A DNA stretch of 63,441 nt, filler included, from Octopus bimaculoides (lineage: Eukaryota), in assembly GCF_001194135.2 (NCBI RefSeq). It is 7 parts of 6 records of this genome, joined end to end, with 100 filler letters (N's around TTAATTAATTAA, not from the genome) between each part and the next. Parts side by side here need not be neighbours in the genome. Positions count along the whole stretch, not along the records: positions 1 to 13,370 come from NC_068994.1; 6 more parts are not named here. One strand, 5' to 3'. Positions 1 to 12,806 of the stretch are shown in pieces; position 1 is the first letter of the stretch, and the number at the start of each line of letters is the position of its first letter. Both the position numbers and the translations under genes were made by a program. The notes beneath the pieces were generated by a model. The model was given only the letters and a program-made list of their open reading frames with translations. It did no database searches and was not told where the DNA came from.

Positions 1-43
<43 letters not shown>

Positions 44-347
44 GAGAGAGAAATAGGTCGCCAGAATTTTGGAAAAAAATCTTTTTATTTCTTCATTATT
101 ATTATTATTAACGCTTTCGTTCGTTTCTTGAACTTATCAAATAAATTTTTGTGAATATACAAACAGCTTGTTCATTTATATAAAACATGTTTTTTTTGTG
201 GTGGGGGGGGGGCGTTAGAAGAAGAGAACATTGTTTTTGTTTTTTGGTGGGATGAGGTTCCATTGACAATGGAGATGGATATATAGAAATATAGGTAGGT
301 AGATAGGCTAATAGACAGATAGACAGACAGATAGATAGATAGACAGG

Positions 348-410
<63 letters not shown>

Positions 411-784
411 TCACGCAGATAGATAAGTAGAGAGAGGGAGAGAGAGAAGGGGATACCCATTCCTATTCAACATTCATTTATTTATTTAGTCATTTACCAT
501 TGTACCATTTATCACGTACAGTCATTGAGATCAGTTTTCCTGTAAATGTGAACGTCTCTTCCAAAATCAAAGAGAAGGTAAATATTTAAGGAGACATGCT
601 TCAAAACCAGCAGGTAATAAATGTTTCAGTGACAAACTGGAAATGTTAGGATTTTAAGGTACAGAAAGAGACCGGCCAAGACAATATGGATCAGTCGAAC
701 ACTAGGGTCGGTGTAATTAATTTCCCTGTCCCCCGAAATTGTGGGCTTTGTGTTAGAATTTAAAACCATTATTATTATTATTAT

Positions 785-1065
785 TGTGTAATGAAAATTC
801 ACTGCTTATTTTGCTGGGTATGATGGAAAGGGGGTCAGCTGTCCACAGCCAGCAGACTAAGGTAACACTTGTTATACTGGCCATGCTTCAAGAACCCTGC
901 GAAGAATTCTTGCAGTTCCAAGCAATGCTGATTTTTGTAGGTGTTCTACCTTCACACTTGCACCGGTCTTTTTCAACCATGTTGGTAGTTGAATGCTGGT
1001 ACTTCCAAGTGCACCAATTACTATTGGTATCACGTCTACTCTCTTCATTGACCACCACATATGTT
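785..1065 (-). mobile_element. 3' end of an R4/Dong-type (RLE) non-LTR retrotransposon
   Basis: WWSMKRVDVIPIVIGALG...HLQKSALLGTARILRRVL is the typical RLE C-terminus; a short 3' UTR ends in an (AAT)n run at ~769-785. Confidence 0.75.
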
Positions 1066-1221
1066 TTGTCTTTTGACTGGCACGAATTGATTAGATTTTG
1101 GTTGATCCGGTACCGGATAAGGATTCTAGATTGTTTTGTCCTGTTTTTTTTTCACTTAATTTTGAGAGCGGTCAGGTTCATTTTTAGTATTCTCGTTTGT
1201 GAGAGCAGTCGAGTTTATTTA

Positions 1222-1415
1222 AGATATTCTCATTTTAAAAATTCTCTCTGGCTAATCGTTGACAGGGCCTTGATGTAGCCTTGGTGGAGGTCTGCGCTCT
1301 CTGAGTGCTTTTGTTTCAGATATTTTTCTCATTTTCAAAAATTCTCTCTGGCTAATTGTTGAGAGAACGTTGGTGTTGCCTTGGCGGAGGTTTGTGCTCT
1401 TTGAGTTCTCTTGTT
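1222..1415 (+). repeat. Two diverged tandem copies of a ~100-bp unit
   Basis: aaaaattctctctggctaat...gccttgg(t/c)ggaggt(c/t)tg(c/t)gctct occurs at ~1238 and ~1338. Confidence 0.7.
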
Positions 1416-1826
1416 GTTGATGTTTTCATGAATTCTAGTTTTGTAATTATTCAACTACGTAGCTTACATTGGGTTATTAACACGTGCAATGCACATATCT
1501 CCTCGGTGTTCTTTTATGGTGCCAGCAGCTGCATGCAAGAAGATATCGGTTGTCCATCGGTCTCAAGCAAAATCTTCAATAATTTTTATTGTGAGAATTG
1601 TTTAGTTTGTTTTTTGTTTTTGTTTTGCTTTCTCCCTCTTCTCGTAAAAAAAAGAGCGTTATTTGATGCTAGCTCGGAGAAATTGGCAAAATTATTTTCT
1701 GAGCACGGCTTTAAATTGCGTTTAAACCGTGCATATCAAGGAATCACCTTTACCGAGTGAGTTTCATAGGGACGGATATACGAGGTTTCAATAATGGTGA
1801 TGCTAGTGGCGGTTTGTTTACATCTC

Positions 1827-1858
<32 letters not shown>

Positions 1859-2689
1859 ACTGCCTGTCTCTTTCTCTTTTTCTCTCTCTGTCTCTCCCTA
1901 TGTCCCTCTCTCTTTCTCTATGATCCTCTCTCCCTCTCTCCACCTCTCTCTCTCGCTGCCTGTCTCTTTCTCTCGCTCTCTGTTTTTCTCTCTTTGTCCC
2001 TCTCTCTCTCTCTCTCGCTCGCTTTCGCTGTCTCTCTCTCTCTCTCTCGCTCGCTTTCGCTGTCTCTCTCTCTCTCTCTCTTTTTCGCTCTCTGCCTGTC
2101 TCTCTCTCTATGTTTCTGTCTCTGTCTCTCTTTTTCTGTGACTTTCCCTCCCTCCCTCTCTCTTTCTCTCTCCTATGACTGCTTTCGGCTGGTTTTGATA
2201 TCTTCTGAAAACCGATCATTAGTGTTGGAACGACAATTGCTATGTATCACAGCTCTTTCTCAGGCTAAAAAGAAAAAAGTGATTCCTGCTGTTGAAACTG
2301 TTTAATCGGGAAGTAGTCGGATCCTGGGGTTGAATATGCTTCGTTCCAGTATCTTACAACCGCTTCCGAAAGCCGTTAGGTGGAGATTTTCACGCATTTT
2401 TACATAACTACATCGTCTTTGATTATTCGTGGATTCGAAACTGCTACGGGTATCAATAAGTGCGTTGTTATTATAAATCAAATATGGTGGCTGAGAGAAT
2501 CCAACTGGCGAAAAGTATTCTTGTAATCCGAATTGAATTGTGCCGAGTTGCTAAGTGAACGGTGTTTTCCATTTTTCCATCTTTATAACAGGAAAATCAT
2601 TAGAAAATTACTATTTTTAAATCTCACAACGAGAGATATTCAGCAACAACAGTATATATCACCATTTTGTATCTCTCTCTCTTTCTCTT

Positions 2690-2729
<40 letters not shown>

Positions 2730-3842
2730 CCTCTTTCTCCTTTACTCTCTCTCGTTGCTCACGTGCGACCATCGTCCATCTTTCTTTTCCTCACGTGAAC
2801 ATCTTTCTTTTCTTTCAGGGCTGTCCGAAAGACTGGACATATCCTATTTCTCTCTTCTATCAAAGAAAATATTTCTCCAGCGTTCGTTATTTTACCCTCG
2901 TTCTGGTCTAACGACCGTTCATGTTTATTTTCGTTCGGTTTCTTTTTATGCCTCCACTGTCCTGTTTTTGTTCCCAACTTTGACTCTCCATAAATCCCAA
3001 ATTTCCTTTTGGTGCTTATGGGAGCAACTGTCTTCGAAGACTCATATTGTCGTTCAATATTCGAAATGAGTAGTTGACAGACAGCCTACAACTGATGAAG
3101 TGTCGTTCTTTATGCTACTTGTCCTGTTTTCCATAGACTGTGATACAATAAATACACTTGCAAAAGATTCTGCACTCCGGAATCGAACACATACCGGCAT
3201 GATACCGAAGCGAACTTTTTAACCATACAGCTATGTCTGTATCCAATTATAGCTGCATAAGACTATCGGATTCCCCCATCTATGACGTCAAATCGATGCT
3301 TCGATACAATACAGTAAAAAGAAAATTAATGCTCGCCTTTGAGCGTCACCCAGCTAAATCACATCCGTTTTTATATAAAAGTGTGGGAGTTAGTTACTCT
3401 TTCCATGGACTGGATTCTCAAGAACATCTCAGCAGTAATCTTTGTTATTGTAAGAGAAAACACCTATATCTATAAGGAATTTAAAAAGCAGAATATAACA
3501 ATACCGAAAGAGACAATGGTACTTAATGAACAGCAGAGTAAAGAGAGCTAAAATAGAGAGGAACGCACAGGCAATTAAGAATTGGTAAGACTATTTACAG
3601 AGTAGATTCTGCAAGGCAGTTTTCTAACGATGAAGTGTGTATTGGAGTGTGTGTGTCTGAGAGTGGGTGTGTGTGCCTGTTACTTCTTAAGCCACCTACA
3701 TATCTGTTTAAAAGGTATAAAATAGTCTTCACTACTGGATGTTTTATATATATACATACATAAAAATGTATGTATATATATGCATACATATATATGTATG
3801 TATGTATGAATGTATGAATATATATATACACATACATATATG

Positions 3843-3873
<31 letters not shown>

Positions 3874-3896
3874 ATTATAGAGAGATAGATAGTTGG

Positions 3897-3936
<40 letters not shown>

Positions 3937-4099
3937 TAGAAAGGTAGTTGAATGTATTTGGATGTATATGTATATGTGTGTGTAAGTGTGTGCGTGTGTA
4001 AATGCATATATGTGTATATAGATGGATGTATTCACACACATACGCATGCACATGCACTCATCCACAAATACACGAACGCGCGCGCGCACACACGCACAC

Positions 4100-4400
4100 A
4101 CAGGTGTGGAGAACTTGTAGAAACGTTAGAATATGGAGAGAAAATGCTTTGTAATATTTGTTCCTACGTCGTCCGTTTTTACATTCTGAGTTCAAATTCC
4201 GCCGAGGTCGACTTTGCCTTCCATCCTTTCGGGGTCGATAAAAAAAAAGTACCAGTTGAGCACTGGGATTGACGTAATCGAATTACGCCCTCGTCCGAAA
4301 TTGCTGGCCTTGTGCGAAAAGTTGAAGCCAATATTTTTGCCTTCTCTCTACATTCTGAGTTCAAATCCCTCCGTTATCAACTTTGCCTTTTCACCTCTCT
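4100..4400 (+). mobile_element. SINE-like family B copy with internal duplication
   Basis: ttctgagttcaaattccgccgaggtcgactttgc...tcggggtcgat core; related copies at ~640-775, ~5380-5500, 15843-16040 (+) and ~16660-16760, ~18820-18960, 20343-20660, ~40270-40430 (-). Confidence 0.7.
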
Positions 4401-4824
4401 CTGAGGGTCTTCTTCTTCTTCTTCTTCTTCTTCTTCTTCTTCTNNNNNNNNNNNNNNNNNNNNNNNNNNNNNNNNNNNNNNNNNNNNNNNNNNNNNNNNN
4501 NNNNNNNNNNNNNNNNNNNNNNNNNNNNNNNNNNNNNNNNNNNNNNNNNNNNNNNNNNNNNNNNNNNNNNNNNNNNNNNNNNNNNNNNNNNNNNNNNNNN
4601 NNNNNNNNNNNNNNNNNNNNNNNNNNNNNNNNNNNNNNNNNNNNNNNNNNNNNNNNNNNNNNNNNNNNNNNNNNNNNNNNNNNNNNNNNNNNNNNNNNNN
4701 NNNNNNNNNNNNNNNNNNNNNNNNNNNNNNNNNNNNNNNNNNNNNNNNNNNNNNNNNNNNNNNNNNNNNNNNNNNNNNNNNNNNNNNNNNNNNNNNNNNN
4801 NNNNNNNNNNNNNNNNNNNNNNNN

Positions 4825-4858
<34 letters not shown>

Positions 4859-4871
4859 GTAAATGGAGTAA

Positions 4872-4981
4872 AACGCATATGTTAACTGAATACTTTTATA
4901 TCCAACATACGTTTCGAAGATTACAAATTATACCTTCCATAGGAATAGGTGATGTTGATAAGAATGTAGTCTTCTCTTCAG
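4872..4981 (-). ncRNA. Hammerhead-ribozyme-like core (probably a Penelope pseudo-LTR remnant)
   Basis: CUGAAGA (4981-4975), helix II GAAGACUACA/UGUAAUCUUC (9/10 bp), GAAAC, helix III ACGUAUGUU pairing with AACAUAUGCGU, GUU triplet; helix I not recoverable. Confidence 0.45.
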
Positions 4982-5500
4982 GGAAATGCATGAGAACCAG
5001 CTTAAACGTAAGACATTTTAACCGAATATTCGTATAATGTATAATGTTATACATAATTATATATTGTACAATTTATAATTTATGATGCATGATTGGTTGG
5101 GTAGGATTTGTTGGGCTAAAAATAGTTTACTTCCCTGTATCATTGTTACTATATTTTTCTACAACAGGAGGGAAGAAAATCACAAATGGCTGCGTCAAGA
5201 TTTGAACTCATACTTTTACAAAATTGATAGGGAATGTGGGTGGGGTGGGGGGTGAAGCTTGGCTAAAATTATTCTTTTTATACTTTACAGCGTTTGTAGG
5301 AAAAATATTTTTCCAAACTATAATCAGAAAAACTTTCACATCAGAAAGCTTTCTCATCAATGTTTACACACACACACATCCTTTCGGGGTCGATTAAATA
5401 AGTACCAGTTACACACTGGCGTCGATATAATCGACTTAATCCGTTTGTCTGTCTTTGTTTGTCCCCTCTGTGTGTAGCCCCTTGTGGGCAGTAAAGAAAT

Positions 5501-5568
<68 letters not shown>

Positions 5569-5764
5569 CTCTCTCTCTCCCTCTATCTATCTATCTACCT
5601 CTTTCCCCTCTATCTGTCTCCTTTTCTCTCTCTTTTCGTCTCTCTCTCTCTCTCTTCTTGTCTGTGTGTCTGTTTGTTTTTCTCTCTCTTTTTCACTCTA
5701 TCAATCTATTTCTCTCTTTCTCTTTGTTTTCCCCTCTCTCTCTCTCTCTTTCTCTCTACCACTA

Positions 5765-5844
<80 letters not shown>

Positions 5845-6044
5845 CTCCGATACACACGTATTGTGATAGAAATAACTCGATATTGAGAACAGCATATCTT
5901 ATGTCGTTACAGCTATAGAAAACTCTGAACTTTACTCTTTCAAGATAATTTCCCACAATGCATGTGAAGTGCCGGCAGCAAAATTTAGGCAACTTGACGG
6001 GAATATACAGCGAAACTTTATATTTGAACGTATCAGAAACTTAC

Positions 6045-6345
6045 AGACTCATTTGAAGTGTATAACATATTCATTGTTATACCTCTTCGCTTTCATAACA
6101 TTTTCTGCAATTTTAATTTTATAATCTGCATTATCATGTTTAGATGAAGCTATAAAAGCACTCAACCAATAAAAGCTGTTAATATGATTAACAGCGATAC
6201 TAACCCTGTTGAAATTCCGTTCAGGAACAGACGACCACATAAGCTTTATATCAGTGATTCTAAACCGGGTTCCATACGGCCCCTGGGGATTCCACAAGAT
6301 TTTGTTGTTAAAATTTATTTGCAATAAATCGGTTATGCTTCTACA
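6045..6345 (-). pseudogene. Candidate splice-bounded exon with one +1 frameshift, possibly an iGluR amino-terminal (LIVBP-like) domain
   Basis: ttttgtgcag|TGT...TCT|gtaagt; 301 nt. Removing one A from either AAA run near the 3' end gives an open 300-nt phase 0/0 exon. Similarity to ATDs is judged by eye only and is weak. Confidence 0.35.
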
Positions 6346-6419
6346 CTGCACAAAATATTTTAATAATTTTTTGTTATATAATTCATTATAAATTTATATA
6401 TCTTTTTTTTTTTATTTAT

Positions 6420-6715
6420 CGAGGCACCATCCAGTCGGGCTGATTGCCCGGGACAACCTGACTACCTCTCTCCATCCCTCCTGATCATCCCTTAACGATT
6501 TTAGGTTTTCAACTTGGCATCCAACATCTTCTGCAAGCTGTTGTATGTACGTCTTCCGTGGTCTTCCAGCTGCTATGGTTCCATGATTTGGTGTCCACAA
6601 CAACACATTACTCACGCGTTCTTCTTTACTTCTCCAGCAGTGGCCAGCAAACCTCAGTCTCCGCTCTTGGATGATTGATGAGAAAGTTGATACATTCCCA
6701 TATAACCATATAACG
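6420..6715 (-). mobile_element. RTE-clade LINE 3' fragment
   Basis: RLRFAGHCWRSKEERVSNVLLWTP...GRPRKTYIQQLAEDVG...DQEGWREVV. Confidence 0.8.
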
Positions 6716-6752
6716 GATTACAAACAAATAATTCACTTTACTTCGTTTCTTT

Positions 6753-7150
6753 TGTGGCTGTGAGGTAAGAAGTTTGCTCCCAACCAAATGATTCCGGGTT
6801 CGGTTTCACTCCGCTGCACCTTGGGCAAGTGTCTTCTACCATGATCACAAACCGCAAAAAGCCATGTGAGTGCATTTGGTAGACAGAAACTGAAAGAAGC
6901 CCGTCGTATGTACGCACGTGTGTGTTTATGTGTGTGCGTGTGTGTTTGTGTCTATGTTTGTCTCCCACCACCTCTTGACGACCGGTGTTCGTGTATTTAC
7001 GTCCCCGTAATCTAACGGTTCGGCAAAAGAGACCGATAAAATAAGTACCAGGCTTAAAAAATAAGTACTGGTGACGATTCGTTCGACTAAAATTCTTCAA
7101 GACGGTACTCCAGCATGGCCGCAGTCTAATGACTGTAACAAGAAAAAGAC
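6753..7150 (+). mobile_element. tRNA-derived SINE family A (Octopus OK/OR-like)
   Basis: tRNA-like head (gtggctgtg.ggtaag...ggttc), ccttgggcaagtgtcttctac core, internal (TG)n, gataaaataagtac...ctccagcatggccgcagtc tail; more than 12 homologous copies in the window. Confidence 0.85.
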
Positions 7151-7199
7151 ATTAAAAAATATTCAAATAAAAACATAGCGAACAAATATCTAATAAATA

Positions 7200-7400
7200 T
7201 ACTCTTTACTCTTTAACTTGCTGCCATGCTGGAGCACAACTCTTAGAATCAGCCGTGCAAATGGCGCCCAGTACTTATTTTTTCAGTCTGGTACTCTTTT
7301 GCTGAACAGCTAAGTTACGGAATCGTAAACAAACCGATACCGGCTGTTTGGTGGTGATGGGGATAAACACAAAACACACACATACAAACACACACAAATA
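7200..7400 (-). mobile_element. SINE family A, 3' portion
   Basis: Reverse complement of the family A tail; truncated at an N gap. Confidence 0.65.
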
Positions 7401-8444
7401 TACATACATGTATATATATATGTATATTTGTGTGTGTATTATATNNNNNNNNNNNNNNNNNNNNNNNNNNNNNNNNNNNNNNNNNNNNNNNNNNNNNNNN
7501 NNNNNNNNNNNNNNNNNNNNNNNNNNNNNNNNNNNNNNNNNNNNNNNNNNNNNNNNNNNNNNNNNNNNNNNNNNNNNNNNNNNNNNNNNNNNNNNNNNNN
7601 NNNNNNNNNNNNNNNNNNNNNNNNNNNNNNNNNNNNNNNNNNNNNNNNNNNNNNNNNNNNNNNNNNNNNNNNNNNNNNNNNNNNNNNNNNNNNNNNNNNN
7701 NNNNNNNNNNNNNNNNNNNNNNNNNNNNNNNNNNNNNNNNNNNNNNNNNNNNNNNNNNNNNNNNNNNNNNNNNNNNNNNNNNNNNNNNNNNNNNNNNNNN
7801 NNNNNNNNNNNNNNNNNNNNNNNNNNNNNNNNNNNNNNNNNNNNNNNNNNNNNNNNNNNNNNNNNNNNNNNNNNNNNNNNNNNNNNNNNNNNNNNNNNNN
7901 NNNNNNNNNNNNNNNNNNNNNNNNNNNNNNNNNNNNNNNNNNNNNNNNNNNNNNNNNNNNNNNNNNNNNNNNNNNNNNNNNNNNNNNNNNNNNNNNNNNN
8001 NNNNNNNNNNNNNNNNNNNNNNNNNNNNNNNNNNNNNNNNNNNNNNNNNNNNNNNNNNNNNNNNNNNNNNNNNNNNNNNNNNNNNNNNNNNNNNNNNNNN
8101 NNNNNNNNNNNNNNNNNNNNNNNNNNNNNNNNNNNNNNNNNNNNNNNNNNNNNNNNNNNNNNNNNNNNNNNNNNNNNNNNNNNNNNNNNNNNNNNNNNAG
8201 TGATGGTGGGGATGGTGTCAAACAACTTCTAATTAAGAATCAGTCTAGACAGCTTTTGAGCTTTTCATACAATACTTACCAAACGGCATTGGCAGTGACA
8301 AATGAGTGAGACTCTGGAAGCCATTTTACTTTCATACACGAGCGTCTTGGTCGAAGCACAGGCTTGAAAAATAAGATGGATAAAATGCGTCGCCTGGATA
8401 AAGGCATTTAATGTTTAAAGTCTTAACATCTTAAGAAGTATTCA

Positions 8445-8528
8445 ATTCTAAAGTAAGAAAGGAATACAGCACCTCACTGGCTAAATTCTAAAGTAAGAAA
8501 GGAATACAGCACTTCACTGGCTAAATTC
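8445..8528 (+). repeat. 40-bp tandem duplication
   Basis: attctaaagtaagaaaggaatacagcac(c/t)tcactggctaa x2, one mismatch. Confidence 0.95.
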
Positions 8529-9624
8529 AACTGGGACTTCATGAAGAAAAATATCAATTACTCAAATTATGGTCAATTATATGTAAGAGTACTTCTATAC
8601 GAATGGAGTAGGGCAGCTGTAATTTGTGCTAAGCTGAAGTATTGAAAATTCTCAAATGTCGGTTTAATTTGATTAGTAGGCATAATGCTTTCTTGAACCG
8701 TTTAATAAATAAATATTTAAGAAAACCTTAACAATTTCCACATAAAAATTCCGCTCAACTGACTGGATTAAAATTGTATTAATAGTAGCGTTTTTCCCCT
8801 TTTAATTCTCTCACTCTTCGCTCAAACATATTTTTTATGCAACCAATGACTCGTTCCTTTCTTAAACTAATGTATCTAATTTAATTTTAATGTTAGATTA
8901 GTTTTAATTTAATTAGAGATGACCCAATATTCTAAATTGGAATACTTGATAGCACGCAGATTTTTTCCTGTACCTTTGTTCTAACACCACGTTTTTCTTT
9001 TCGTTCCTGTCAAGTCTCATCCCAATATTAATTATTTTCTTTTTTTTTATACAATTCCTTTCTTTACTGACACCTCTGAGACTAGTTGTAAACCGCCTCC
9101 TCTTTAAAATTTCGTGTTTATCTCTTAAATTCCTTTCTCTTCATCACTATAACAAGCAAACAATAAATCTGACAACATCTTGACCTATCAGAGCCAGTAA
9201 TACTGGCTCTTTGTACTATAATCACACGAAGGAAATTGATATATCTCTTAACTTCATTATCTCCATGAAATATCGCCATGATGAAGTCACAGCTTGCAGT
9301 TTAATTTATTACTCTCATATTCTGCACCTTATCATCTTTCACGATATGTATTGGAAATAATTCGAAATGTGCTTCAGTGTTATTACATTAATTGGTTCGG
9401 AGAGACGGTTAATGGTGCCGTATACATGTTTTATATATATTTATATGTATAAACCAACATGTATACTGTTGAATTAGTATGAGCCTATTTCAAAAATTTA
9501 CACGTTGGTTTATATATTTCAATACGTATAGGGGAACTATGTATGTATGTATGTATGTATGTATGTATCTGTCTGTGAGTGTGTGTATATTTCAAGGCGC
9601 ATGGCTTATGTATATATATAAGTG

Positions 9625-9900
9625 AAGGCGCATGGCTTAGTAGTTAGGGTGTTGCACTTACGATTGTGAGATCGTGGGTTCGATTTCCAGACCGTGCGTT
9701 GCGTTGTGTTTGTTCTTGAGCAAAGCATTTACGTTCATTTTACGCTGCTCTGCGATCATTCCGACATCTGACCTGTGGCACCCAGTTGCACCTGTACAGG
9801 TAACGTCGGTTTGATGGAGGAAGTGAGCTTATGTCTACTATAAACAAATCATCTATGGGGTAATTCGGTAACAGTCGAACTCTCATACGTCGTCTAATGA
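9625..9900 (+). mobile_element. tRNA-derived SINE family C
   Basis: ggcgcatggcttagtagttagggtg (A box) ... gggttcgatttcc (B box) followed by a non-tRNA body; similar head at 22752-23050. Confidence 0.6.
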
Positions 9901-9904
9901 CGCA

Positions 9905-10488
9905 TGGAGACAGCCAGTCTGACCCAGACTGGCTTCTTCCAACTGTTAAAAATGGAGGAGGATCTGTGATGATTGGTGTGGGGGTGGCTATATCTTGGAA
10001 ATCTGCCAGCCCAATGGTTTCCCTTCATAGCAGAATTAATAGTCAAGACTATTTAAGCATTTTATCTGATCAAATTCATCCTATGGTTGTGGAACTTTTC
10101 CGGCGGGAAATATTCAATCTTTCAGGATGATAATGCATCAATTCACACAGCTAAAATTGTTACTGAATGGCACGAGGAACATTCTAGTGAAGTTGAACAT
10201 CTTATCTGGCGACCACAGTCCCCAGATCTCAAATATTACTGAACATTTATGATGCATTTTAGAAAAAACAAGTAAGGAGTCGATATCCTCCACCATCATC
10301 ACTACAAAAACTGGAGACTGATTTAGCTGAAGAATGGACAAAAATTCCTTTGGAAAAAAATTCAAACTTTGTACGAGTCCATGCCTCATAGAATTCAAGC
10401 TGTAATTACTGCCAAAGGCAGTCCTACCCAACATTAAAAAAATTTGTTTGAAATTTTAAGGTGTTTCCATTATTTTGTCCAACCCCTG
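9905..10488 (+). mobile_element. Tc1-family transposon, 3' half with right TIR (frameshifted)
   Basis: WRQP..DPDWLLPTVKNGGGSVM..., FQDDNASIH, W.PQSPDLNI.EHL; TIR aggtgtttccattattttgtccaacccctg at 10459-10488. Confidence 0.92.
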
Positions 10489-12422
10489 TGTATATATTTC
10501 AAAACTGTTTTGGTAGTATCTATTCACCATTACACGTGTTTCATTTGCTAATAGGAGTCACATAATTGTACATGTTGGATAAAAATTCCCTATTATTAGA
10601 AATTCTTCAGACAGAGAATCAAATAATTTCCAATTTTCTGTTNNNNNNNNNNATTACTACAAATACACCAGGCTAACAAAATATTTTCACTGCAGGAAAT
10701 TTTAAGCCCAAGACCGAAGTCCTAAGCCCAGTCGATTTTGTAAATCCAGAGTTGCATTCCTCAATTAAACTGATCTTTTTCACAGAGTCATTCACAGAGT
10801 CATATACAAAAAAAAAAAAGGCATAATGGATTGATTGAGTAAAGGGGAGTATGAACTCACCAATAATGCATATCAGCTGTAAAGCTCATTATTTATGCCT
10901 TTTCTATGTAAGTATTTACGTATGTATGTATGTATGTATGTATGCATTAAAAAGACATTCCTCGTGTTATTAATGCCCGGTTTATTTATACAAATTACTA
11001 TTTCAATTTACACGATTCACATTCGTGGAAATGTAAATATGATCGAAAACAAGTTCAGTTTTAGATAAATAATTCCAGAGTCTAAAGAAATAAGAAAGAC
11101 GGCATCGTTTGTTGTTCAAAGATTTCTGTGAGGCCGAACATTTTAATGAATCTGCTGGCTTGTTTTTTCTTTTATATTTTTTAAACCGTATATAAATGGG
11201 AAACATAATTAAATTAAAACTTGATTGCCATAGAAATAACATATATCTCAATGAAATAAACAGCTATAGAGACGAAAATAGCTGAAGAGGTTTTCCTTAT
11301 AAGTCTCCTGAATCATGCTTCGGGTTGTTGTTTAAACCAAAGTCTAAACCACATGAATAAGTCACTTATTATATCGAGCACTGATTTTGTTACGACGTTT
11401 TGTTTCCCAGACGCCGAATGTAAACAAACAATGAGATCAAAGATGAGAAAATGGGTAATGGGTGTGTATGACATATTTCGGGAATTTTAGCTCCTCTATC
11501 AGCACCCATCCAACACATTAATCATCCATAAACTCATTGCTTAAATAACCGCTGAGTATACCACATGGGAGTGTTTGGGGGTTTTTTGTTGTTTTTTTCT
11601 TCTTTCTGCTTTGCAAAGAACCAAAAGCGAAAAGTAAAAAAAATCCGTCCTTTACAATGGGTAAAACAGAATATTTACATTTCGCAATTCCTTATGTAAG
11701 ATGTATTGAATAGAAATTTCGTGGTAGATTACAACGAATTAATTTAATCTCCCTACTTGAAAACCTGCCCGAGAGCGGAGTTCGACTGGTTTGGGGGAAT
11801 CCCCTATCAATAGATCTTGTAAAATCCATTTTGTATAAATATTTTTTATGTGAAAATTCTAAAAGAAAAGGAAAAATATTCTTATATGACTCTACTGGTT
11901 GGCCTATNNNNNNNNNNNNNNNNNNNNNNNNNNNNNNNNNNNNNNNNNNNNNNNNNNNNNNNNNNNNNNNNNNNNNNNNNNNNNNNNNNNNNNNNNNNNN
12001 NNNNNNNNNNNNNNNNNNNNNNNNNNNNNNNNNNNNNNNNNNNNNNNNNNNNNNNNNNNNNNNNNNNNNNNNNNNNNNNNNNNNNNNNNNNNNNNNNNNN
12101 NNNNNNNNNNNNNNNNNNNNNNNNNNNNNNNNNNNNNNNNNNNNNNNNNNNNNNNNNNNNNNNNNNNNNNNNNNNNNNNNNNNNNNNNNNNNNNNNNNNN
12201 NNNNNNNNNNNNNNNNNNNNNNNNNNNNNNNNNNNNNNNNNNNNNNNNNNNNNNNNNNNNNNNNNNNNNNNNNNNNNNNNNNNNNNNNNNNNNNNNNNNN
12301 NNNNNNNNNNNNNNNNNNNNNNNNNNNNNNNNNNNNNNNNNNNNNNNNNNNNNNNNNNNNNNNNNNNNNNNNNNNNNNNNNNNNNNNNNNNNNNNNNNNN
12401 NNNNNNNNNNNNNNNNNNNNNN

Positions 12423-12475
<53 letters not shown>

Positions 12476-12488
12476 AAATATGGATATG

Positions 12489-12709
12489 TACGAGTTGGGT
12501 ACTGAAAAGACCCTGGATTTAAGGGCATTGCGGAAGGCTTGGTTGCAGGCCCTACATCCTGAGTTCTTTTACAGCGCTTAGAAAAACTGAAGAACCGCTG
12601 AAATAAGCGTGTAAATCTGAGAGAGGAATACGTTTAATAAAATCATAATTAGCTGATCCCCTGTATTTTCTTTTACCCAAAGCCAGAAACTTCCCAGCAC
12701 ACCCTCGTA
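12489..12709 (+). mobile_element. Mariner-derived MITE
   Basis: Imperfect TIRs tacgagttgggtactgaaaag / cttcccagcacaccctcgta; second copy inverted at ~29290-29460. Confidence 0.65.
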
Positions 12710-12755
12710 TGTATATGTATGCATATACAGACATACATACAAACATAGATAGATC

Positions 12756-12806
<51 letters not shown>

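Noticed and set aside
6180-6325. Plus-strand peptide ...KPGSIRPLGIPQDF resembling the group II intron RT 'RPLGIP' motif
   Set aside because: Short, stop-bounded, no other RT subdomains; the opposite strand has the better splice-bounded frame
8280-8393. 114-nt AG/GTAAGT-bounded minus-strand segment
   Set aside because: Neither open frame resembles S2, M4 or ATD; such sites occur by chance
9625-9700. tRNA-like sequences here and at 22752-22830 and at family A heads
   Set aside because: A/B boxes present but no closed cloverleaf, and they continue into SINE bodies; not tRNA genes
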